DNA of 64,000 nucleotides from Minisyncoccota bacterium (GTDB lineage Bacteria; Patescibacteriota; Minisyncoccia; Phycocordibacterales; BOKC01): NCBI GenBank assembly GCA_030583745.1, contig CP129473.1, positions 442,783 to 506,782 of the forward strand, read 5' to 3'. Shown piece by piece: positions 58,007 to 64,000 of this stretch (position 1 is its first letter; each line of letters starts with the position of its first letter). The notes under the pieces were generated by a model. It saw only the letters and a program-made list of their open reading frames with translations, ran no database searches and was not told where the DNA came from. The position numbers and the translations under genes were made by a program.

Positions 58007-58026
58007 AATTATGATTGGCGAAGGTC

Positions 58027-58148
58027 GCCTTCGCAAACCCACTGGCGGACTTCGTCACGCCGTAGGTTCGCTTCGGCGAACCGAATGTTGCCTTCGCAAA
58101 CCCACTGGCGGACTTCGTCACGCCGTAGGTTCGCTTCGGCGAACCGAA
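58027..58148 (-). repeat. Two tandem copies of a 59-nt unit (period 63) abutting the 3' end of tRNA-Ser; each contains a GGTTCGC-TTCG-GCGAACC hairpin
   Basis: gccttcgcaaacccactggcggacttcgtcacgccgtaggttcgcttcggcgaaccgaa x2, with a single difference in the spacer. Confidence 0.8.
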
Positions 58149-58150
58149 GG

Positions 58151-58235
58151 CGGAGGAGGTGGGATTCGAACCCACGATGCCTTTCGACATGGCGGTTTTC
58201 AAGACCGCTGGAATAAACCACTATCCGACTCCTCC
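58151..58235 (-). tRNA. tRNA-Ser (TGA), long variable arm
   Basis: Reverse complement is GGAGGAGTCGGATAGTGG...GCGGTCTTGAAAACCGC...GTGGGTTCGAATCCCACCTCCTCCG. Confidence 0.85.
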
Positions 58236-58370
58236 GAACTAAGGCGGATTAAATTTAACATTGCGGTTTTGTTCTGTTTACCTTACCAAAACAGAACCTG
58301 TATTTCGCTGAACAGAACTTTAAGCCCCCTTTTCGATTTTTACCTTTATTAACAATCGGCAATTACGTTG

Positions 58371-58613
58371 TTAATTGTTGGTCTCGTTTGTCTCAACTTT
58401 ATACCTGTTAGCAACAAAAAATATATAGATGATGTCTAAAATCCCAAGTGTATTTACGATAAGGATTATTACGAACCACCTTTTGTGAGACAAGCGAGCC
58501 GCTTTCCAAAGGGCAATCCCCTTCCAAAGTAAGCTCCAAACCAAAATCAATAGAAATAAAGCGCTATTATTTCCCACAAAAGACGTAAATTCAGGACCCA
58601 ATAAATCAGCCAT
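58371..58613 (-). CDS. Small hypothetical membrane protein
   Basis: 80 aa with two TM helices. Confidence 0.35.
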   Translation of the reverse strand: MADLLGPEFTSFVGNNSALFLLILVWSLLWKGIALWKAARLSHKRWFVIILIVNTLGILDIIYIFFVANRYKVETNETNN

Positions 58614-58705
58614 ACGAGAGCAATACTACCAAAAAAAATTTCCCTCGTAAATCTAGCGTAATTCCTTATATAGCTTCGCATGCTCTTACGTTCTATAATA
58701 CAGAA

Positions 58706-59089
58706 ATGCTTTTGGGTATTGATTACGGACAAAAAAATGTCGGCATAGCGTTATCCTCCGAAGATGCAGTTTTGGCTTTCCCGGAAGCAGTTTTAAAAAA
58801 CAAAGAAGCTCTGTCTAAAATTAAAGAAATCTGTCAAAAACGAAAAATTACCGGGATTGTTCTAGGACAATCCTTGGATTTCAAAGGCAAACCGAATCCA
58901 ATAATGACAAATATTCTGTCTTTCAAAAAAGAATTGGAGGACGAATTAAAAGTTCCGGTTTATCTGGAGCCGGAATTTTTAACGACCGCGCAAGCAGCGC
59001 AAGAACAGGGTCGTCACAAAAAGATTGACGCATCAGCTGCGGCTATAATCTTACAAAGTTTTATTGATAAAAAAAACCAAAAAACATAG
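58706..59089 (+). CDS. ruvX: Holliday-junction resolvase-like protein YqgF/RuvX
   Basis: LLGIDYGQKNVGIALSS...TGIVLGQSLDFKGKPNP...EPEFLTTAQA. Confidence 0.8.
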   Translation: MLLGIDYGQKNVGIALSSEDAVLAFPEAVLKNKEALSKIKEICQKRKITGIVLGQSLDFKGKPNPIMTNILSFKKELEDELKVPVYLEPEFLTTAQAAQEQGRHKKIDASAAAIILQSFIDKKNQKT

Positions 59090-59102
59090 TATAATTTTAC
59101 CA

Positions 59103-60143
59103 ATGCGTTTTTTTGATATTTTTCCTACTCCAAAATTTCTAAATCCTAATGTCGCCGGATTATCAATCAGCGATAGCTGCGTTTTTTTTGTTCAATTTTC
59201 TGTCCATAAAAATGGGAAGTTGGTTTTAAAAAAATTTGGTAAGCAAGAACTGCCAGAAAAATCGATAATTGGAGGGGAAATTAAAAACTCCAAAACAATC
59301 ACGAGTATTCTGGAAGAATTAAAACGAAAAAATAATCTTCGCTTTATAAAAGCTAGCTTACCTGAAGAAAAAGGATTTATTTTCAAGACGGTTTTGCCAA
59401 AAATGAAAGAGAGTGAGATCGAGGGAGCCCTCCGATTTAAAATAGAAGAAAATGTACCAATATCAGCTAACGAAGCGGTCTTTGATTTTAAAATTTTGGG
59501 AACAATCGACAATAACTTAAGAGTGGCGGTTTCGGTCTTTCCCCAAAATACCGTTTATGAATTTTTAGAAATATTCAAAATGAGTGGATTAGTTCCGTTA
59601 TCGTTTGAATCAGAAGCGCAAGCAACAGCTAATGCCGTAATAAAAAATAGTGATGCGAGGCCATATATGCTGATTCAGGCAGGAAAAAATAAAACCGGAC
59701 TTTATATTGCCGAAAACCAAACAGTTCAGTACGCATCAAGCATTGAAGTCAACACCTTCTCTAAAGAAAAACTGGCAGGAACCCAAGATAGCGACGCAAT
59801 GCCGATAAAATACATAGGTGAAGAAATAAAAATATACGGCTCGAAAGAAAAAACAGAACCCGTTAAGGAAGAAATGGAAAAACTACTTTCATATTGGCAA
59901 TCAACAGACAAAAACAATCAGAAAATAAGAAAAGCATTTGTCTTTGGTGAAAATGTGGATGAAGAAATTTTAAAAAACATATCAGCGGTTTCGCCTATAG
60001 AAATTGAGCTAGCAAGTGTGTGGGCAAATTGTCTGTCTCCTGAAGAACAGGTGCCGGAATTAAATTTTGAAGAGTCGTTAAAATACGCAACTGCAATTGG
60101 ATTGGCAATTCCAAGTAACCATCTTAAAAAACAAAATGGGTAA
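59103..60143 (+). CDS. pilM: Type IV pilus assembly protein PilM (actin-like)
   Basis: Actin-fold ATPase pattern; followed by pilN/pilO-like genes. Confidence 0.65.
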   Translation: MRFFDIFPTPKFLNPNVAGLSISDSCVFFVQFSVHKNGKLVLKKFGKQELPEKSIIGGEIKNSKTITSILEELKRKNNLRFIKASLPEEKGFIFKTVLPKMKESEIEGALRFKIEENVPISANEAVFDFKILGTIDNNLRVAVSVFPQNTVYEFLEIFKMSGLVPLSFESEAQATANAVIKNSDARPYMLIQAGKNKTGLYIAENQTVQYASSIEVNTFSKEKLAGTQDSDAMPIKYIGEEIKIYGSKEKTEPVKEEMEKLLSYWQSTDKNNQKIRKAFVFGENVDEEILKNISAVSPIEIELASVWANCLSPEEQVPELNFEESLKYATAIGLAIPSNHLKKQNG

Positions 60144-60669
60144 TTTACTACCAACAGAATACAAAAAGGAAATTTATCGGATGTATAAAATCCGATTATT
60201 GATAGTTTTTATGATCTTCGTTTCTTTTACCGGATTGGTTATCTTGATTTTTCTAGCGCCGATATTTCTATCAGTAAATTTCGAATTTCAATCCCTTGAG
60301 AAAGAAAGAGCGGTTCTTGAGGCGGAAACACCAGAATTAAAAGTGATAACAGAACTTGAGTCTAAGGTGTCAGAGATTAATAGGAAAATCCAAGTATTAG
60401 GTCAAGACAGCGAGAGTAAGACAACCAAAGTTTTGTCAGAAATAATCAGCAACAAAACGACTGGGATAAAAATAAAATCCATAAGTTACTCAAAAAAAGA
60501 GACGGGCACAGTAATCTTTTTAAGAGGAGAAGCAACAACCAGAGAGTCACTCGTTCTTTTTGCGAAGCGACTTGAAGATATTGATAATTTTACTGATGTG
60601 AACTTGCCAGTTTCAGACTTGGCAAAAGACAGGGATTTGGTTTTTTCAATTACATTTTCAGTAATCTAA
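60136..60669 (+). CDS. pilN: PilN-like pilus assembly protein
   Basis: N-terminal TM, coiled coil; overlaps the pilM stop. Confidence 0.5.
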   Translation: MGNLLPTEYKKEIYRMYKIRLLIVFMIFVSFTGLVILIFLAPIFLSVNFEFQSLEKERAVLEAETPELKVITELESKVSEINRKIQVLGQDSESKTTKVLSEIISNKTTGIKIKSISYSKKETGTVIFLRGEATTRESLVLFAKRLEDIDNFTDVNLPVSDLAKDRDLVFSITFSVI

Positions 60670-60677
60670 AACAGACA

Positions 60678-61217
60678 ATGCCACACAATTCTAAAAAAAC
60701 ATTATTGTACACATTATTTCCGGCAATTATTATTTGGGTTGTCGCGACTTTGGTGTTTACAACCACCGAAAACAAAAAGTCTGATGTTTTAGAATTGTCC
60801 GCATCCGTCGTAAATCATGAATTAAAGAAAGAGGGTGTGCGTCTTTTAGCCCAAGACCTTGAAAAACTCCAAGCGGAGTTTGAAGAATTGGAAAGTTTTG
60901 CGGTCGGAATTAGCCAAGAAGAAGTTGTCAGCTTTATAGAAAAAATTGAGAAGCTAGCCGAGGTTAGCGGTGTTCAGTCATCTGTTGAAAAAATCGACGT
61001 CATAAAGACGGAGGAAGGTTTTTTTGAGATGTTGGAATTAACAATAAAAGCATTTGGAACATGGGGTGGAGTTTTTCATTTCTTGAGCTTAGTAGAAAAT
61101 CTTCCATATCAAATTGATGTTAAAAATATTGTGCTTGAATCAAAAACTTCAGAACAGGGAGATTCGGCTCCAGAATGGCAATTGCAAATATCTTTCCAAA
61201 CTTTAAAATTCAAATAA
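60678..61217 (+). CDS. pilO: PilO-like pilus assembly protein
   Basis: N-terminal TM plus coiled coil (LEKLQAEFEELESF); operon position. Confidence 0.45.
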   Translation: MPHNSKKTLLYTLFPAIIIWVVATLVFTTTENKKSDVLELSASVVNHELKKEGVRLLAQDLEKLQAEFEELESFAVGISQEEVVSFIEKIEKLAEVSGVQSSVEKIDVIKTEEGFFEMLELTIKAFGTWGGVFHFLSLVENLPYQIDVKNIVLESKTSEQGDSAPEWQLQISFQTLKFK

Positions 61218-61220
61218 AAA

Positions 61221-61541
61221 ATGGATGCTTTTCTTAAAAAATTGAAGTCGTTTAGTTCTAAAGGTTCTGTATACAAAAAGTACACCAGTCATCCAGACCG
61301 AGATTGGTTGATTATGTTTTACACTTTCTCTGTAATCAATTTATTAATTGCCGGTCTTTTGTTTTTTGAATATCAAAAAACAAAAGATCTGGCAGCTACG
61401 GAGACTGGCAGTCCGTCTCAAGAAATTCAGTCTGTAGACAAAAACAGCTTAGTAAAGACCTTGGAAGTCTATAGAGAAAAGAAAAACCGATTTGAATCGT
61501 TATTGGAAGAGAGACCGGAGAGCAGAAACCCTGCTATTTAA
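61221..61541 (+). CDS. Hypothetical membrane protein (pilus operon, PilP position)
   Basis: Single TM; operon context only. Confidence 0.35.
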   Translation: MDAFLKKLKSFSSKGSVYKKYTSHPDRDWLIMFYTFSVINLLIAGLLFFEYQKTKDLAATETGSPSQEIQSVDKNSLVKTLEVYREKKNRFESLLEERPESRNPAI

Positions 61542-61594
61542 ATTTGCACTTTTGTTTTCTCCGTTTTTAGTGTAATTTGTTATTTGAATCATCT

Positions 61595-61666
61595 GCCCTC
61601 GTAGTTAAATGGATATAACTGGAGACTTCTAATCTCCCATTCTAGGTTCGATTCCTAGCGAGGGCA
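61595..61666 (+). tRNA. tRNA-Arg (TCT)
   Basis: GCCCTCGTAGTTAAATGGATATAACTGGAGACTTCTAATCTCCCATTCTAGGTTCGATTCCTAGCGAGGGCA. Confidence 0.85.
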
Positions 61667-61743
61667 CCGTAACATTTGGCTTGTTATTGTCTAAGATTTT
61701 AAAAAATATATAATTTATTAATTATTAGAAAAACAAAATAAAA

Positions 61744-61899
61744 ATGGACAAAATAGTCAGAGACTTTGTTTCTCAAGAACCCCGTCAGTACAAAATGAAA
61801 ATCGGAAGGACAGTTGCCTCGTCTCTTACCGGATTTGTGGTCGGAGCGGTTTCAGCAAGTATCGTCTGGCATGTCGCTCTAAACAATTTTGGAATATAA
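61744..61899 (+). CDS. Small hypothetical membrane protein (51 aa; not in the ORF track)
   Basis: MDKIVRDFVSQEPRQYKMKIGRTVASSLTGFVVGAVSASIVWHVALNNFGI, followed by a terminator. Confidence 0.3.
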   Translation: MDKIVRDFVSQEPRQYKMKIGRTVASSLTGFVVGAVSASIVWHVALNNFGI

Positions 61900-61907
61900 A
61901 CAAAACA

Positions 61908-61945
61908 AAACGCCCCACGACGAGAGTCGCGGGGCGTTTTGTTTT
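61908..61945. terminator. Bidirectional terminator ACGCCCCACGAC-GAGA-GTCGCGGGGCGT followed by TTTTGTTTTT
   Basis: Seen directly in the sequence. Confidence 0.7.
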
Positions 61946-61951
61946 TAATTT

Positions 61952-62209
61952 CTAATTTTTGATAAGGGAGGCCATTTGAGATTTCTTTCTGGATGCCTTT
62001 TCTTTACTTATAACTCCCCTTTTAGCTGCCTTGTCTATAGCTTTGTAAACTTCTGGAAGAATCCCTTTGGCTTCGTCGAGTTTTTGATCTGCCGTCAGTT
62101 TCTTGATCTTTTTAATAGCGCTAGACATAGCATCTTTCCGGCGAAGATTAAAAACCCTTTTCTTCTTAGAGCTTCGTAAGGCTTTTTTGGCTGAACTTGT
62201 AATTGGCAT
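61952..62209 (-). CDS. rpsT: 30S ribosomal protein S20
   Basis: MPITSSAKKALRSSKKKRVFNLRRKDAMSSAIKK. Confidence 0.85.
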   Translation of the reverse strand: MPITSSAKKALRSSKKKRVFNLRRKDAMSSAIKKIKKLTADQKLDEAKGILPEVYKAIDKAAKRGVISKEKASRKKSQMASLIKN

Positions 62210-62306
62210 AATTTTGTCCAGCCATCTTAACACAAGAAGAAGAAAAGTCAAAAAACAGCCCCAACCGAAGTTGGGGCCAGAGAGTTCTCTCCCAATTAGG
62301 GAGAAA

Positions 62307-62379
62307 TGGCCGGGGCTGGACTTGAACCAGCAACCTGCAGATTTGGAATCTGTTGCTCTACCAATTGAGCTACCCAGCC
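62307..62379 (-). tRNA. tRNA-Trp (CCA)
   Basis: Reverse complement is GGCTGGGTAGCTCAATTGGTAGAGCAACAGATTCCAAATCTGCAGGTTGCTGGTTCAAGTCCAGCCCCGGCCA. Confidence 0.8.
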
Positions 62380-62457
62380 AACAATTTCTTAATCTAGGGA
62401 AAGATGCTATTATTCTTCGCCCAAAAAGTCAAACTTTGCTATCATTTAGTCAACAAA

Positions 62458-63024
62458 ATGATTGCTAAACTCAAAGGTCCAGTAATTTTCAAAGACGAAA
62501 AAAGCGTAATTATTGACGCAAACGGTGTCGGTTATAGAATTTTCACGCCGGCACATTGCCTTTTAACATTCAAAATTGATGAAACAGCCGAGATCTGGAC
62601 GCACCTCTCGGTCAAAGAAACTTCCTTGGAAATTTTCGGATTTCTTTCGCAATCGGAACTAAATTTTTTTGAACTTCTGATTTCAATTTCGGGCATCGGA
62701 CCGCGGTCGGCTTTGGGAATTTTAAACCTCGCCGAAATAGAATCCTTAAAAAAAGGAATTTCGGAAGGCGACATAACTTATCTGACCAAAGTCTCCGGCA
62801 TCGGTAAAAAAACCGCCGAAAAAATAGTGGTGGAATTAAAAGACAAGTTGGGCTCAAAAGGATCGCAAGCAAGCTCAACCAAAGAAGACGTGGAGGTTGT
62901 GGAGGCCCTAAAAGCCCTTGGTTATTCCCAAGAAGAAGCTCGAAGTGCTTTGAAATCTGTTTCAGCCGAAACGCAAGGTACTTCGGCAAAAATAAAAGAG
63001 GCGCTGAGAATTTTAAGTAATTAA
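62458..63024 (+). CDS. ruvA: Holliday junction DNA helicase RuvA
   Basis: MIAKLKGPV...DANGVGYRIFTP...ISGIGPRSALGILN...VSGIGKKTAEKIVVELKDK. Confidence 0.9.
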   Translation: MIAKLKGPVIFKDEKSVIIDANGVGYRIFTPAHCLLTFKIDETAEIWTHLSVKETSLEIFGFLSQSELNFFELLISISGIGPRSALGILNLAEIESLKKGISEGDITYLTKVSGIGKKTAEKIVVELKDKLGSKGSQASSTKEDVEVVEALKALGYSQEEARSALKSVSAETQGTSAKIKEALRILSN

Positions 63025-64000
63025 ATGAATCTTATAAAATCCTTGATCCCAAAAAAAATCATCGATATCTGTCGTCCGACATATCATTACTCTCTCGCTT
63101 TTCTTGGCGCTGTGATTTACCGCTTTCCTTCAAGGAAAATAAAAGTTGTGGCGGTGACCGGCACCAAAGGCAAATCAACAACAACCGAGATTGTGAACGC
63201 TATTTTGGAAGAAGCTGGACTAAAAACCGCCCTGGCCAATACTTTGCGATTCAAAATCGGCGGAAAAGAAAAAAGGAATTTGTTTAAAATGACCATGCCG
63301 GGCAGGTTTTTCTTGCAAAAATTTTTGCGACAGGCGGTTAAAGAAGGTTGCGACTTTGCAATAATTGAAATGACTTCCGAAGGCGCAAGGCAGTTTCGTC
63401 ACAAATTCATTGACCTGGACGCTTTAATTTTCACCAATCTTTCTCCAGAACACATTGAATCGCATGGCTCTTACGAAAATTATGTCAGGGCTAAATTGAA
63501 AATTGCCGAGGCGCTTTCCAGAAGCAGTAAGAAAAGAAAAATTTTAATCATAAACAATGACGAAAAAGAAGCCGAAAAATTTAAAGCCGTAAAAAATACT
63601 AAAAAATTTTTGTACTCGATAAGTGACATGGCCGACCTTCTGCTCCAAGACCAAAAAAGTTCTTTCGTCTGGCAAGGTCGGCGCATTGAAACAAAATTAA
63701 TCGGCAAGTTCAACATCTATAATATCCTCGGTGCCCTGTCTTTAACCGAAGCGCTCGGCGTTGATTTGGAAAAAGCCAGACGAGCGATTGAAAAAATAGA
63801 AAAAATAAGGGGACGGGTGGAAAAAATTCCAGCAAACGGTTTTGATGTTTATGTTGACTATGCCCATACGATTGATTCACTAACAAAACTTTATGAAGCT
63901 TTTCCGAATAATAAAAAGATTTGCGTGCTCGGTAATACCGGTGGCGGACGTGATCAATGGAAACGCCCGGGTATGGCAAAAGTTGCTAACGAATACTGTC
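63025..64000 (+). CDS. murE: Mur ligase (MurE-like UDP-MurNAc-tripeptide synthetase), 3'-truncated by the window edge
   Basis: VVAVTGTKGKSTTTEIV...DYAHT...GNTGGGRDQWKRP. Confidence 0.7.
   Translation, partial: MNLIKSLIPKKIIDICRPTYHYSLAFLGAVIYRFPSRKIKVVAVTGTKGKSTTTEIVNAILEEAGLKTALANTLRFKIGGKEKRNLFKMTMPGRFFLQKFLRQAVKEGCDFAIIEMTSEGARQFRHKFIDLDALIFTNLSPEHIESHGSYENYVRAKLKIAEALSRSSKKRKILIINNDEKEAEKFKAVKNTKKFLYSISDMADLLLQDQKSSFVWQGRRIETKLIGKFNIYNILGALSLTEALGVDLEKARRAIEKIEKIRGRVEKIPANGFDVYVDYAHTIDSLTKLYEAFPNNKKICVLGNTGGGRDQWKRPGMAKVANEYC

Noticed and set aside
58027-58148. Possible CRISPR array
   Set aside because: Only two repeat copies separated by 4 nt (no spacers). No cas genes or leader nearby.
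57990-58352. ORFs 57990..58202, 58009..58221 and 58011..58352 with repeated peptide segments
   Set aside because: Their repetition is produced by the 63-nt tandem DNA repeat, and they overlap tRNA-Ser. Not coding.

Overview
The window is AT-rich (roughly 38-40% GC) and gene-dense, with the streamlined, housekeeping-heavy look of a candidate-phyla-radiation (Parcubacteria-like) genome.

RNA genes: it opens inside a minus-strand 23S rRNA (1..1997). The 23S 5' end is at about 1997, and no 16S gene or spacer tRNAs lie upstream, so the rRNA genes appear unlinked. Seven tRNAs are present: His-GTG, Leu-GAG, Val-TAC, Arg-GCG, Ser-TGA, Arg-TCT and Trp-CCA.

Protein-coding content, in order: an rplJ-rplL pair; an rpsF-ssb-rpsR operon with a four-helix-bundle ('23S IVS protein') gene inserted; ftsK, recA and efp; a tatD-metG operon; a glyQS-M16 peptidase block; recO; ileS and argS; dut, glyA, tmk, a dCMP deaminase, thyA, folA and dcd; rplK-nusG-secE; folD; two ECF sigma factors, one followed by an anti-sigma-like gene; rplS and an RluA-family pseudouridine synthase; acylphosphatase; two divergent VKOR-like genes; ruvX; pilM, pilN and pilO; rpsT; ruvA; and a truncated murE at the right edge.

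The most unusual observations:
1. ileS carries a complete histidine-phosphatase (PGAM-like) domain inserted into its zinc-knuckle loop, and the gene is broken by a single-base frameshift in an A-run.
2. The 23S rRNA has two hairpin insertions about 115-135 nt long at the classical intervening-sequence hotspots (helix 9 and helix 25). The same genome encodes the four-helix-bundle 'IVS protein' elsewhere.
3. Three GC-rich (about 52-57%) one- or two-gene cassettes, each with its own terminator, sit between housekeeping genes.
4. Several small repeat families are scattered through the window: TTTAGGG/TAGGGTATAGCCAATAGG-like intergenic repeats, hairpins with an ACGGCCGT core, and TAGTCAGTAG inverted repeats.
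5. A tRNA-Ser is followed by two tandem 63-nt repeats with UUCG hairpins, then a GIY-YIG gene and a P-loop kinase gene.
6. A second GIY-YIG gene with an in-frame stop is wedged between thyA and folA.
7. A small wHTH+Cas2/PaaX-like gene is flanked by matching hairpins.

No CRISPR array, reverse transcriptase or integrase was seen.
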